A stretch of DNA of 64,000 nucleotides. It comes from Amphiscolops sp. MND2022. Lineage: Eukaryota. The stretch covers positions 54,810,001 to 54,874,000 of the forward strand of contig OZ076409.1 in assembly GCA_964187785.1 (NCBI GenBank), given 5' to 3'. Below are positions 35,384 to 49,355 of the stretch, in pieces (position 1 is the first letter of the stretch; each line of letters opens with the position of its first letter). The notes under the pieces are model-generated. The model was not told the origin of the DNA. It worked only from the letters and a program-made list of their open reading frames with translations, and did no database searches. The position numbers and the translations under genes are program-made.

Positions 35384-37497
35384 TTTGTAGAAAAGTTTGG
35401 ATTTGAAGAATTGAATTTCTTTCAAATATTTTCTGACAAAAGTAGAATAAGGTGAGAGTGAAATTGAGAATTCGACTGAATTATACAATTACTAAGGACT
35501 GAGTCCCTCAATCATCAAATCCTATCATATTTATACCCTCTTAGCATCATTTGATCACGATCATAATCCCTAATTTCCTTCGAACAATTAGTCATTTCCT
35601 GTTTTATCGATGAAAAAATCACGAAGTTCCCAAATTTGCGCTGACATTCCGTCAAATTTTAAGACACGGCAAACCTAATCTAGCATTAGTCATCAACCGT
35701 AATCATATTATTTCAGCTCGGCGTCCTTTTATTTCCTCCCAAGCAGGAAGTAGATATTACTTCAGTCTGTCAAACCGGAAATGATTCCCTGTTTTACTGC
35801 TTTGGTTCGCGGGAAATTGACGCTGAGATGACGCCGGCATGAACAACTAATGCCTGAATTTTGATATTTTGCTCGAGAAAAATGCTATGACTAATGTTTT
35901 CAGCCCTATAATTTCCAATGATGCTAAAGAGGAAGGAGAAACAAGCTCAAAGAATTAGCAACAATCTCAAATTAGTTTCAAATTAAATGATTAACGATTA
36001 ACAAAATAAAGCAACGACACATTGGCGTTTGGTGGATTGATGGACTAGGTTGTCTGAATCAGACTTTTGTCCAAATTTATTAATACTTCACTTACAAATA
36101 GCGTCTAATATCATTTTAGCGCTTATTTGGTAAATATGCATAATACTCTGTCAACAGATTTTAACTTGTACATGAAATAGTAATCTTGAACAAAACATCT
36201 GACGGTATGAGGACGGCACTTCATGGAACCTCTGAACAGGCAAGAGTCCAAAACCTTCTAACACCAGATTCCATTCATTACAGAACGCACAAATGTAATA
36301 CAAACATTTACTCTTGATTCATCCACGTTAGGGTTAGAATAATGCACATTCTGATTAGGGGGTGACGACGTACCGACGTCCAATTAAACAACAAGGTTGT
36401 AGCACACACTTTATGCAGTACAAAAGTACAAATGTATGAAAATATATTTCCAATATGAAAATATCATCGAATTACTTTCGTCATGCCCATAAACTGTGAC
36501 TTTCACCTACATTATACTGGGACTTCCATTTCAACTTAAATTTTGGAGTAAAATTTATCCGACAAAGGAAATATTTGACGAAAACGTGGCATGGGACTCC
36601 AAATTCCCTTTTAATTATTTTGTTGGAACACCAAGTACTTTAAACGTATTCCTAGCCCTAATTCAATTTGATTGATATTCATCATAACTTCTGGGTGGAT
36701 TAAAACAACTCGTCTTGATGGAATTTGGACGTACCGTGGACGTACGTATTAGTATTAGGCCTGGTCCAACATAGTGGACGTAACGCGGACGTAAATTTGA
36801 CGTAGAATTAGTCCTCGCCGAGAAGGCAATGCCGTGACGTCACTATGGCGGAAAATTGGAATGATTTCAAGTAGTGTATCTAATATAGGCGGTAAATTGG
36901 AATGGTTCTCTAGTGAGCGTGGACGAAACGGTGACGTCACGCTGTATACTTTCAAGTCTGCTTCTTACCGACATCTAATATACATGTATCCTTTATTTTG
37001 TTTACTTAACGCAGTACCGACGTCCTAATCCGCACTAATTGCTGTTCAAAGTGCAATTAAGCTGCCTTTCTTAGAAAAGGAGTGGATATCTCAGTGTGTC
37101 ATCTCAATGTAGTTTCTATTTTAGATTCAGATAATGTCCTTTTTTCAACGGTGGTTTTGGGTATATTTCTATTTAGATCGGTCTATGGTCTTTATTTCAT
37201 TGCGAGTTTTAATTTAGTTTTCAGGTGGCGAATGTTTCTATTTTGGCGTACTAAGGACGTCCTACCGGATGTGCGTGAAATCATCTTATTTCAATTTTAA
37301 TTTCATTTCTCATTTTTGTTTAAACTTTTCGTGAGTTGGGCGTTCGTTTTCGTATTCTTAGTCACAGTTTATTCTAAGGATAAGGTTTTAAAGTTACCAG
37401 TTGAAGTAAGATCTGGGGAATCTCAGATTGCCTCCGTGACCTCTCCCGATCTTCAGTCGTCTGCAACCACAAGCCAGACCGGGAGCGGGCTGTGACA
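34987..37497 (-). repeat. 5' LTR of element B (2511 bp)
   Basis: Direct repeat of 21260-23770. Confidence 0.95.
35496..35535 (-). promoter_or_regulatory. Putative LTR core promoter (TATAAAT plus TCAGT initiator), ~120-150 nt upstream of the gag ATG
   Basis: Minus strand GGGTATAAATATG...GGACTCAGTCC. Element C has TATATATA..TCATTC at the equivalent position. Confidence 0.45.
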
Positions 37498-40400
37498 GTT
37501 TGTTTGATTGTTTCGGGTCGTATGTTGTTCGTAGATTTTCGGATTGAATACTGTTTCGGTTTTCTTAGGTTGAAAAATGGATGAACAAATCTTTTCAAAT
37601 TTATGTATCGGTTTTAATGTTTGGATTGTTGTGTGAGTTAGATGGAAGAAACCGGATATGCAGGAGAAGGAGAGGAAAGAACAAAATTAATTTCCCTATC
37701 ATCTCGGGGTGGACGCCGGATAAATAGTTCTGCTTTTTCTAAGCGGCGCCCTTTCGGATAAAATCTCGCCAATGCAAGCTTTGGTATCACATTTGCAGCC
37801 AAGTGGTCTAGTAATGGTGAACCTGAAGCTGCGTTTCGAAGTGACTTGTTCAAGGTCACAAAGGTCTGACTCCTCACCGTTGCTCTTTTTGTTTTTATTT
37901 TCTCCGCCAAACGCGGTATTTTTTGTCATGACCATATCATTAAGCTAGGGGATGAAGGACTTCCTAAATATCACACAAATATGCCCTATTTTAACAGTAT
38001 TTTGTGTCGCATTTTCTCGATAAAAATTCAAGTTTGTTTGGAGAGAAGAGAGAAGAGCATTCTAGTTGCTTTTGAATGCAGAAGTCAAGAGATGCTTTGA
38101 CTTGATTATAGGATATTTAAAACACAGAATTGTATTTAAGTTTTCTGAAGAAAAGAAAATTTCTTTTTCAGATTCCCATCTTTTAGAAATAAACAGCGTT
38201 GACGTTTGTACTAAGATTGGCCATAATTGACGAACGACTGACTTAGACATTTCTTCAAGCTTCTCAAAATCCATTCCTATTCTATTACTAGTTACGTCAC
38301 ATAAATCATTGCTATTGGCTTGAGAACGGTGGGATAGTTCCAGTAGTGATGCTATTGGTTCCTTATGCTGGCAAAGCTGAGTTTTGATTTTGTCTTAAGA
38401 CGTACCTTGCGTCGCAAATATTTTTTAGAATGCATTCTTGTAATCCGAGTAGCTTCAACAACTGTCTTGCTATGGTATTCAAGTATTGTTTGTTTGATTG
38501 TTTCGGGTCGTATGTTGTTCGTAGATTTTCGGATTGAATACTGTTTCGGTTTTCTTAGGTTGAAAAATGGATGAACAAATCTTTTCAAATTTATGTATCG
38601 GTTTTAATGTTTGGATTGTTGTGTGAGTTAGATGGAAGAAACCGGATATGCAGGAGAAGGAGAGGAAAGAACAAAATTAATTTCCCTATCATCTCGGGGT
38701 GGACGCCGGATAAATAGTTCTGCTTTTTCTAAGCGGCGCCCTTTCGGATAAAATCTCGCCAATGCAAGCTTTGGTATCACATTTGCAGCCAAGTGGTCTA
38801 GTAATGGTGAACCTGAAGCTGCGTTTCGAAGTGACTTGTTCAAGGTCACAAAGGTCTGACTCCTCACCGTTGCTCTTTTTGTTTTTATTTTCTCCGCCAA
38901 ACGCGGTATTTTTTGTCATGACCATATCATTAAGCTAGGGGATGAAGGACTTCCTAAATATCACACAAATATGCCCTATTTTAACAGTATTTTGTGTCGC
39001 ATTTTCTCGATAAAAATTCAAGTTTGTTTGGAGAGAAGAGAGAAGAGCATTCTAGTTGCTTTTGAATGCAGAAGTCAAGAGATGCTTTGACTTGATTATA
39101 GGATATTTAAAACACAGAATTGTATTTAAGTTTTCTGAAGAAAAGAAAATTTCTTTTTCAGATTCCCATCTTTTAGAAATAAACAGATTTCGGCTCTCAT
39201 TCATTTGGCTGTATCAATAAATATATTTCTCTCCAGCCGCTGAATATAGCGGCTATATTCAACTTCGCACATGAAGTAGATGCATAGTAAAGGGAGGAAA
39301 GTTTCTTTCTGCGATAGAAAAATATCTGCCCGTGGAACCGCGCCACCTGAAGTTTTCTATTCAATTTTCATGAAAACTTCGTCATTTCGTCATTGCCGAT
39401 TCATTACCCGCCTTTAATGAAGAATTCGATCAAATTTTCTGATATTCGTGAAGTTGAAGAGTTTTGGTTTTTGGAAACATTCTAATTTTAGTTGTTTGTT
39501 CGAATAAATTGATTGGAATAACTATTCAATAATTAGACCGCTAAAGACGGGATATGCGTGCTCTTAGTTAAGAATCATTTAAACCTTACGTTCATAAAGC
39601 CACAAAGGCACTCATGTATTTTTTAGAATATGTAATACAGCCAATATTTTCTGCAACTTGGTTTTCCTAGCTGAAGCGAAATTGTTGAGTTTTGAGAAAA
39701 GTCAAGAGTGGAGTTAAGTTGAACAATATAGCAGAAACAATGTGATACAGCTTGGCTCTCTCGATAGAGTTCCTGATTTGCATATCCCATAGCTCCATAT
39801 AACTCACTCGATATCCAAAAATCCAAAGAATGTGATATCACTTTGTGAAAAAAGCTCCACCATTCATAGAGAGCTTGTTTAAAGAACATCATAGTTGTGA
39901 ATGATAGTTATTTTTACACTGTTCTGTTCATCGGATCATGGTGCTCATTTTGTTTGAAGAATCGGCAAATTTTGAATATGGTGAGACTACACAATCAAGA
40001 CATGTGTTGCAGCTGATATGTAGGAAATCATGTCGAACACGTCGTCACGGGAACTTCATTTTAGAACCTGGAGCTGCATGTATCTGCTTTTGGGAAGTGT
40101 TAGGCTCATGAAATTTTTCAAGAAATCTGCACCTGTCGGCTAAATAAAGGCTTCACCAATTGTACAGTTTATCTTGTAAGTTTTCCAGGCAAATAAACCA
40201 ACTGAATGGACAGTCTCGAAGTTTCGCTTCGTCAACAATTTTCATTATACTCTATTTTGTGTATTTTTAGGTGCAAGCTCGAAAAGCCAATATAGTCGTT
40301 GTTTGTCTTGAATGGCGTTTTTCCTTGTTATTTTTTTGTCGAAAATATCTATCATGGTTTGGAGAATTTTTTGTGAAAAACTCTCAAGCTTCCCACTCAC

Positions 40401-41017
40401 TTTGTTCTTACATATGAAATGATATTGAGACTATTCATTCTGCGGTAAGAACTGCACATTGTTCTCAACTGGTGAATTGAACGTTTTGAAAAACTTTCAT
40501 CAATCTAACTGCGGCAAAAACTTGTGAAGGGAATTTTCAAGACGAGCTTGAATTACATAATTATTAAATCTATTTCGGTTTTTTTTAAAACAGATGATGT
40601 AAAAAAACATGTGATGCCCAAAAAAAGAGCATGCAGTTCAAAGTAGAACGTAACGGGTAAAATCTTTTAGACTCGGAGGACACCTTGAAGTATGAACGTC
40701 AGCACATGCCGAGAATCTGAACCTTCCCAATTGACAAGTGTTTCAAAAATTGTCTGAATACGGATAATTGCGACAGGGACGAATTATTATACGGATAAAA
40801 TGTGAGGTACTTTCATTAGTTGTTTGCGACACAAAAATGGCCGAAGACAGTTTCGGAGAGTTTCAAGCACATGTACCATGCGACTGACAACCAATTTATA
40901 ATTATAAATACTAAACAAAGTATAATTAAAGGTAATTGTTTTGACTAAAACAAACAAAAAATTGCGGAGGAGGATTCACAGGCAGGAGACCAACAAAATT
41001 GATACCCTCAAATCCCA

Positions 41018-41414
41018 TTTTTAGTCGGCGCATTTTAGTAGAAAATGTGCCCGACTGTTACAGTGGGTAGTTTTTTTTAGAAACGGAAGGTCCACTTTTT
41101 TGTTCATTTGTTCAACAACGTCAAACCTCAACAACTTCAAACCTCAACAACTCCAACCTCAGAAACGCGTCCAAAACAAAAAGAAAAAACAAAACAGACG
41201 TCCAGAACCTCGAAAACACACTAAGGGTCTCCCCATAGCCCCACTTTTTTCGACACTGAGACTTTTTGAAACTTTTTGGATTGCACCAAAGGATCCCCAC
41301 TCCATTTTTTTTTCATTTTTTGCAAACAGCTGGAGTTTCACAAAGCCCGAAGGGTCCCCCTTTTCAATTTTGATCCTTAGATATGGCGATGACTTTGGCC
41401 GTTCTCGGCTTGTT
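41018..41414 (+). mobile_element. HINE/Helentron-like repeat copy
   Basis: Starts TTTTTAGTCGGCGC; ends GGCGATGACT-ttgGCCGttctCGGC-TTGTT. Confidence 0.55.
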
Positions 41415-41421
41415 AAATACT

Positions 41422-41424
<3 letters not shown>

Positions 41425-41456
<32 letters not shown>
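41425..41456. repeat. (TC)n microsatellite
   Basis: About 16 TC units. Confidence 0.9.
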
Positions 41457-41459
<3 letters not shown>

Positions 41460-42379
41460 AGAGCTGCCCTCAACTAATCGAAGCGGAACTTCTCTATTGG
41501 TTTAGAATATCCGCATTGATTTCAGATTTTATTCTATACTCTATTGCGTACTTTATCAGAACAGGTTTTTGTCTAAATGATTAGTGAGGCGGTTGAATTT
41601 GCTCCTTTACAAAGGACTCGTTTACTCATCACTGTCAGCATAAGACAAACAATTCCGAGAAAAAAACTAGAAAGTGTGTATCTGGGAACCTCCGTTGGAT
41701 TGCCGACCGTAGAAAACAGTACCCTAGTGTTTGCCTGATACTCATCGGTGACCAGCAAACTCAACTCTATAGACTCGAGTGACTCCCTGGGTCGATTTGC
41801 CCGAAGTATTTTTTCAACAAACGAAAGAGCATTCACAATCAGGTACAAAGCCCTGTGGACTGATTGCACTTTCCATAGGTTTCTAAGGGTAATTTTTTAG
41901 GATTGATGTACCCCAACATACTACTACTAGAAGGCTCAGTACTATTTTCACAAGTATTACTATTTCGTAGTATCTTCAAACTTTAGGGTCTGTAGACCTG
42001 CACCTGGGGAACTCTTTTTGGTTGATAGGTGTGAAAATTACACATTTGATGATTGTTTATGCAAATCTTCATGTTTTGTCTTGTCTGTGGCAATTTTCAG
42101 TATTTGACATAGCTTAAGTAATCCATTCAAGTGCAATGAGTATGACACGCTTCCAGCAAAAAATCAATATTTTGAGAGATTCATGAAGTGGAACGCGACT
42201 ATAATAATGACCCTTTTTTCTATCCACAAGAACTGACCAAAAAAGTCCTTCAAAATTTTCAGGGTGCCAAATTGTACCGTTTAGAAATTTTTGCCAAGAA
42301 ATGAACTATAAGAGTTTTATCTTTTCTATCGTGACATACAAAACCGTATAAGATTGAATAGTCCCGCTATTCAATTTTA

Positions 42380-42742
42380 TTTGGCACTGTCCCCCAACGG
42401 TCGATCATCAATTTTATATATTTTTTGCAACAGAATGGATGTTGAAATAGCCCAAAAGGCCCCCTTTTACGTTTTGCTGCTCTATGAGACTGTTCAAAAT
42501 TCTCTTTCGTTTTTTCTCGAAAATTTTGTAATTTCTCTGAAGGTTTCCTCCTTCATATTTTAAATATTTAGCAACCTAATGGATGTTAAACAATCCCCAA
42601 AGATACCCTTTTAGCGCGCCACTTCGGTTCCTCTTTGAGTTTTTTGGGTACTGTACAAACGAATGCTTGATACTTTGAAGTCTTTTTGCTATTTTTGAGC
42701 CTTAGGCGGGGCGCCGACTTATTATGCCGTTCCCGGCTTGTT
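42380..42742 (+). mobile_element. Partial HINE-like repeat (3' part; start approximate)
   Basis: Ends GGCGCCGACT..GCCGttccCGGC-TTGTT. Confidence 0.45.
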
Positions 42743-44734
42743 TTAAACACTGGAGGAACCTTGCGAATCTCTCATCAACTGAAATGATGATTCGTTTTTT
42801 GTTTATAATAGTTTATGTTTTTTGATTTTTTTATTTTTGTAAGTTTTAATACTGTTATCAAACTACATAACAATCAAAATTGTCGATGATACATATCAAC
42901 ATAAAGATAATTTTTGTTTGATCATTTCTTGGCAAATGGAGTGGAAACCAAAGCTGTCCAGATGCGTTCGAATTGGGAAAATGTTTGTCAACCATCATAT
43001 TTGAATTTGCTCAATTTTAGTTCGAATTGAATCGCAGATTATCGAGAATGTTCTAATAATTGAGCTTTCAGAAAACTAATTTCTTCATTAATTTGACATC
43101 AGCCTCATTCGCTGTTTGACAGTTTGGTAAAAGAAGAACTCGAACCAAGATTTATGAAGCTTTAATGAAGCTCAGTATCTTTTTTGTGACTGATGGTTTT
43201 CGTTTATTCAGCGAACAACGAAAAGCCAAAATTGATGATTAGAAAAGTTCAGGCCCAATTTTCATCAGTCAAAAAAACTACACTTTTATTGAAGTTATAA
43301 TTCAAAGCTAAAACTTTCCTGAAAAACTCAAAGATTAAACCAAACTAGAAGCTTTCGCACTGATCAAGAACTTTAAAAAAAGTTCTTTTCAAATTATAAA
43401 TCGATTTCTTGTGCTTCCCCTAAAACAAAACCTCTTTATGGAAGTAGCTAGCAGTTAAAAAAAAAGATCTTAGCGACTTGACTGTTTCACTTGCGCGGCT
43501 CAATTTATATGAATCGAATTCAATGAATCAAAGTGCTCTTCTAAATCGGAAGCTTTTTCAAACATATCACGCGGACGATATCCCAATGTTTAGAAAATTA
43601 AAACAAAATTAGCGAACTTGACAATGAAATTGACCCGGTCACAAAAAAAACTTTCCGAAAGCAATCCAATCAAAAATCCAATTCTTTATACTGGAATATT
43701 TTCTTTCGCTTTTCAAAAGACACATGTATGGATAAAAAGAAATAAGTTGGGTTCCACGTGACGAATGAAAGAAGATCCTCGAATTTCGAAGATTGACCTG
43801 GAAGGACCCAATCAAGGTTTCAGTTGCTCATGATAGCAGTTTAAACGGATCTTTCCAAAATATTGATTTACAAAACCACCTCAAAGAAGTAAAAACCAGA
43901 ATTTTTGGTCACTTTTAATTTCCAGATGCAAGCAAATAGTGAAGTAATCACAAGGTTATGTTTTCTCATGGCGGTAAAAAATCAGTAAGAGGTTTCAGTG
44001 CTTAAAAAATCCAAATTGAGACCTTTTTGACTTTCCTTTTATAAATGAACTTCACCAAATGCATACCTGTATAACAAACTCTATATAGTAACGTACATAA
44101 CGGAAAAGATGGAAGTTTAAGTCTATCAAACTTTGAGTGCTTTATGATTACAAATTCATATTCGAGAAAGTTGGAAGACACCAAAAAAGTCTATATTAGA
44201 CGTTTTACGGCACTGCTCGATTGACAATGACAGTTTTTTCGAACTCTCATTTGCTGTAAGTTTCGTTTTTCTTCAACACTTTCCAACTACTCTCGAGAAT
44301 CCTTTGGTCTAGTTCCAATAAACTGCTATTTCCTTTAGCACGAATTGGTTAGTTGGAGTGTCTAAAATCAACTGCCTGTCATGGGTTATTAAAACTTTTT
44401 GAGTAGGAAACAAGACGCGGGAAAATTTCCGCCACAATATGAATTTGCTGCGACTAGTTCTCCAAGCTCGAGCGCGACACCTCAACACCGTTCAATTCAT
44501 TTCACGCCTTGCTTTGAAAAACACTGAGAAAATGTTTCTCCAACTGAATAATGTTTAGTAGCCAAAATTTGTATTGAGCTCCATGAATATTCATACTACA
44601 AAAACATGCGAACAATATCAAAAAAAAAGCAGGAAATGTTCGGAAGTGGACATTTTTGGCTCTTGTTTCAACATTTTATGTAGATTTTAAAAACATGGTC
44701 AGTTGTCTGTTTGAGACATTCCCGATGAAACAAC

Positions 44735-46943
44735 CTGTGAAGGTTGACTTTTGTGGGTTTTACGCGCAATTCCTGATGAAAAAAACACTTCAAACCACAA
44801 TGTTCAAAAAAGTACTGAAAGTAATTAACACAGTTGATATTGGAAGAACGTTGACTTTTGTGGGTTTTACGCGCAATTTTTGATGAAAAAATTTCTTCAT
44901 ACCCACACAAAGTTCGTTCGAAAAATGTACTGAAATTGATTATCACAGATGAAATTGGAGAAAGGTTGACTTTTGTGGTTTTGCTCACAATTTCTTTTGA
45001 AAAAATCGCTTCATGCCACCACATAGTTTGAAAAAGTACTGGATTTAATTAACACAGTTGAAATTGGAGGAATGTTGGGTTTTGCGGGTTTAACGCGCAA
45101 TTTTTGATGGAAAAATCTCTTCATATCCACACAAAGTTCGTTCAAAAAGTGTACTGAAATTGATTACAACAGTTGAAATTGGAGGAAGGTTAATTTTTGT
45201 GGGTTTTGCTCACAAATTCTGTTGAAAAATTCGCTTCATGCCACCACAAAGATCGAAAAAGTACTGAAATTAATTAACAAAAATGGAATTGGAAAATGAT
45301 TTCTGTGGGTTTTGTGCGCAATTCATGTTGAAACAAATCGCTTCATACCACCACATTGTTCAAAAAAAGTACTGAAGTTAATTAACACAGTTGAAATTGG
45401 AGGAATGTTGAGTTTTGTGGGTTTTACGCGGAATTTTTGATGAAAAAATCCTTTCATATCCACACAAAGTTCGTTCGAAAGATGTACTGAAATTGATTAC
45501 CACAGTTGAAATTGGAGGAAGGTTGACTTTTGTGGGTTTTGCTCACAATTTCTGTTAAAAAAATCGCTTCATGCCACCACAAAGTTCGAAAAAGTACTGA
45601 AATTAGTTTACAAAAATTAAATTGGAAGAAGGTTGATTTTTGTGGGTTTTGTGCGCAATTTATGTTGAAACAACTCGCTTCATACCACCACAAAGTTCAA
45701 AAAAAGTACTGAAGTTAATTAACACAGTTGGAATTGAAGGAATGTTGATTTTTGTGGGTTCTACGAGCAATAGTTGATGAAAAAAAATCTTCATACTCAC
45801 ACAAAGTTCGTTCGAAAAATCTACTGAAATTGATTATCACTGTTGTAATTGGAGGAAGGTTGACTTTTGTGGATTTTACTCACAATTTCTGTTGAAAAAA
45901 TCGCTTCATGCCACCACATAGTAAAACAAGTACTGGATTTAGTTAACACAGTTGAAATTGGAGAAATGTTGACTTTTGTGGGTTTTACGCGCAATTTTTG
46001 ATGAAAAAATTTTTTCATATCCACACAAAGTTCGTTCGAGAAGTGTACTGAAATTGATTACAACAGTTGCAATTGGATGAAGGTTGACTTTTGTGGGTTT
46101 TGCTCACAATTTCTGTTAAAAAAATCGCTTCATGCCACCACATAGTTTAAAAAAAGTACTGGACTTAATTAACACAGTTGAAATTGGAGGAATGTTGACT
46201 TTTGTGGGTTTTACGCGCAATTTTTGATGAAAAAATTTTTTCATATCCACACAAAGTTCGTTCGAGAAGTGTACTGAAATTGATTACCACAGTTGCAAAT
46301 GGATGAAGGTTGACTTTTGTGGGTTTTGCTCACAATTTCTGTTGAAAAAATTGCTTCATGCCACCACAAAGTTCGAAAAAGTACTGAAATTAATTTACAA
46401 AAATTAAATTGGAGGAAGGTTGACTTTTGTGGCTTTTGCTCACAATTTCTGTTGAAAAAATCGCTTCATGCCACCACATAGTTAAAAAAAGTACTGGATT
46501 TAATTAACACAGTTGAAATTGGAGGAATGTTGACTTTTGTGGGTTTTACGCGCAATTATTGATGGAAAAATCTCTTCATATCCACACAAAGTTCGTTCGA
46601 GAAGTGTACTGAAATTGATTACCACAGTTGCAATTGGATGAAGGTTGACTTTTGTGGGTTTTGCTCACAATTTCTGCTGAAAAATTGCTTCATGCCACCA
46701 CAAAGTTCGAAAAAGTACTGGATTTAATTAACACAGTTGAAATTGGAGGAATGTTGACTTTTGTGAGTTTTACGCGCAATTTTTGATGAAAAAATTTCTT
46801 CATATCCACACAAAATTCATTCGAGAAATGTACTGAAATTGATTACCATAGTTGCAATTGGATGAAGGTTGACTTTTGTGACTTTTGCTCACAATTTCTG
46901 TTGAAAAAATGCTTCATGCCCTCACAAAGTTTTTAAAAAAAGT
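44735..46943. repeat. Tandem satellite of ~20 units of 108-115 bp with A/B/C monomer variants
   Basis: Core GTACTGAAATT..GAAATTGGAGGAAxGTTGACTTTTGTGGGTTTT recurs, e.g. at 44927, 45036, 45151, 45261, 45369, 45484, 45594. Confidence 0.95.
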
Positions 46944-47399
46944 TTAATAAAATCTCTTACAGGATGGTTGTTTTGTTCGTCGTTCATTTCGCTGGATTTT
47001 GTAAACTACGTAATTGCTTAAACACTGTTCAAAAATGACAATTGAAATGTCAAAAATGGACACAGAAGATGGGCAAACATTGCAATAAATTGTCAAAAAT
47101 GATATAAAAATTTTTCGTTTTTTGTGCATACGAACCCTTTATTTTAAAAGAACAATTTACTGACTGTTCGAATAAAAAGTCCCGTAAAATTGATGGATGT
47201 TTTGCGTTCGACATTTTTATATTTTCATACCCATGACAACATTCGAAATTTTGACAAAAATTACTTTAGAACAGTTGACAATTGAATTTTTTAACTTTTG
47301 AAAGGCACCTTTGCATTTTCTCAACAAGCAACATCAAATGTTTTTTTCCTAAAAACCATGTAGGATAGTTCGTGTCGACTTAAAACTCTCTAGATATTG

Positions 47400-49355
47400 A
47401 ACAAGACAGGAACGTCTCAAGTCGGCGCTATATCTAAGGCCAAAAAGCACAAAATTTTTTTTTTGGAAAAATAACTTGAAATTTTCGAAAAAAAATCTTT
47501 CGGAAAATGTCGCACAGTGCCGAGAAATGTGAAAGATGGACCGTTTTTGATTTATAAACACGCATTCTGTAGCAAAATAACAAAAAACTCAAAGGGGGGA
47601 CCCTTTGGGGACATTGAAAAAATTTCGAAAAAAAAGTCGCACAGTGTCGAACAAAAATCGAAAGGGGGGAACCTTTAGTCCCGTCCGGGCTTGTAGTGTG
47701 AGAATCATGACCCATGGTATCTCTCAAATCACCTACTGATCGTGAATCCTTCTTTGCAATCTTTATTTTAGGCCCAGATGCGCTTTCCTTGTTTTCCTGA
47801 CTATTAGGGGACAAACTGGCCTAAGTGTCCCTGTGCCCCGTAGAAGACATCGAGTTAGCAATGTTTTGGATTTCTGGGATGACTCTCTCAGCTATAGCTG
47901 TCGTAATGGCTCTATTTATCTGACTATGCATCATTGACATCATAGAGTCCATTTCTTGAGATAGTCTAAGGTTAAATTCATTTGAGAAAGTTTCAAAAGA
48001 CTGTCTGACTTCATTTTGTCTCAGTAAATCATATTCATGTAAGTAATTTCTATATTCATTTCCTTGGTACACATTTGTATCGGCGTCCCCGTGGGTCGAC
48101 GACTAATCTATCGCATCAGCTAATTCTCTCTCTATGGGATTATTATTACTATTTCCCAGCATCACGTCTAAGTTTTCAAAGTCGGACATCATGTCCATTT
48201 CTCTAAATTTCCTGGCTTTATCCTTTTGTTTTCATGTGGAAGGCATAAGAGGTTTTTACAAGATAAAGAAGTGAATTATCTTTTAGCTTGTAAATTCAGT
48301 GTGAGATTACTAAACGATAAGTAACTAGCATGTAGTATCATACAAAAGTTGTTGTCCCCGGGACTAAATTTCCCGGCTATATATACTTGAAACTACATGA
48401 CGAACATAATTTTAGCAGTCATGAGCTAAAAATAGCCCTAAGGGCTTTCTAAATATAGCCAATGCTATAAACAGCAACAAACATCATCATGACGTTATAT
48501 ACATCAAAGGGCCTTTCCGACAGTTAACATGGCGGGAAGCCCGTGAGTCCATACCGACAATCAACTGTATACATGCATGAAACTAAACAGGATACATGTA
48601 TTTCAACACTGGTTAGGATTGCATGAATTATATGAAAATGCACTGATAGCACGTTGTCTGCCGTATTTCATAAGTCCTTTGAGGACTAATAATGCATCAT
48701 ATGGGTAATCAAAGCACCAACACTTATGCAATCGATAATAATCACTAGTTAGCGCTTTTAATTTAGTTACGGACTCAGTGTCCAATAGACATGAACGGAC
48801 CAGCGCTTTATTGACAGGCGGCATATGGCCATCCAGTCCTTTAATCTAATAATACAGTACAGCAACGAATAAAGATAATACTGCGCTGTGATTGGCTAAC
48901 GAGTTAATTGGACTGGCGGACCAAGGCGACAGGCGAGAAAACATTCGAACGCGTTTCCTTTACCTGTACGCCTTGGTGTCCAATTAACTTACATATTAAC
49001 GCCAGTATATTAATTTTACATTAGATTGCATAATACAAAACATATTATGAAGTAAAATATGAGGTTTACAAGACTTTCTAGGATAATTTCAAGAGTTTTG
49101 CTTGCAAGTTTAGTTTAGAGGAAGGGTGTAAGGCTGCACTTTCTTATAGTCGTGGCAAATTGAATAGACATTGCCATCACAGGCGGACGCCTGGGACATG
49201 TAGGTAACGTTTAAAAAGTAAAAAACCAAAGGGAGGATCCTTTGGAATAATTTACATGCGTTTCCCTTGTATTTAGTTTCCTTTAGTTGAACGTTAACGT
49301 TCGTCGCTTCGAGTCTGTCTTGTCTACGGACTTGTCTTCGAGTCTTCGGACTAAA
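47400..49355 (-). mobile_element. HINE-like repeat interrupted by a solo LTR (right end approximate)
   Basis: AACAAGACAGGAACGTCTCAAGTCGGCGC at 47400. The repeat consensus (..TGTAG GTAACG..AAAAACCAAAGGG) resumes at 49199. Confidence 0.55.
47697..49198 (-). mobile_element. Solo LTR (1502 bp) of another family, with decayed 183-codon Gag N-terminus
   Basis: Minus-strand termini TGTCCCA...TCTCACA; perfect TSD TGTAG (47692-47696 / 49199-49203). A frame from ATG 48246 (MPST*KQKDKARK) runs through ORFs 47821-48072 and 47814 to the LTR end. Confidence 0.85.

Larger units (their letters stand above)
21260..37497 (-). mobile_element. Element B: intact, recent Ty3/Gypsy LTR retrotransposon (16,238 bp) with two accessory genes
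   Basis: 2511-bp LTRs with no difference I could see. Perfect TSD GTTTG (21255-21259 / 37498-37502). Open gag and pol, PBS present. Confidence 0.97.
20962..39184. repeat. 990-bp tandem duplication; copy 1 (20962-21259 + 37503-38194) is interrupted by element B, copy 2 is 38195-39184
   Basis: Identical ORF translations at offset 990 (37638/38628, 37699/38689). A few SNPs between copies. AG microhomology at the junction. Confidence 0.9.

Noticed and set aside
37638..38925. Host gene exons in the 990-bp duplication (ORFs 37638-37910, 38062-38274, 38352-38588)
   Set aside because: Short, no recognisable domain, and no consistent splice model.
39200..44400. Host gene in the unique-looking region (ORFs 39623-39892, 41573-41869)
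   Set aside because: No recognisable homology or coherent exon chain. Cannot be supported without transcript data.
44656..46024. ORFs within the satellite
   Set aside because: Chance frames in a tandem repeat.
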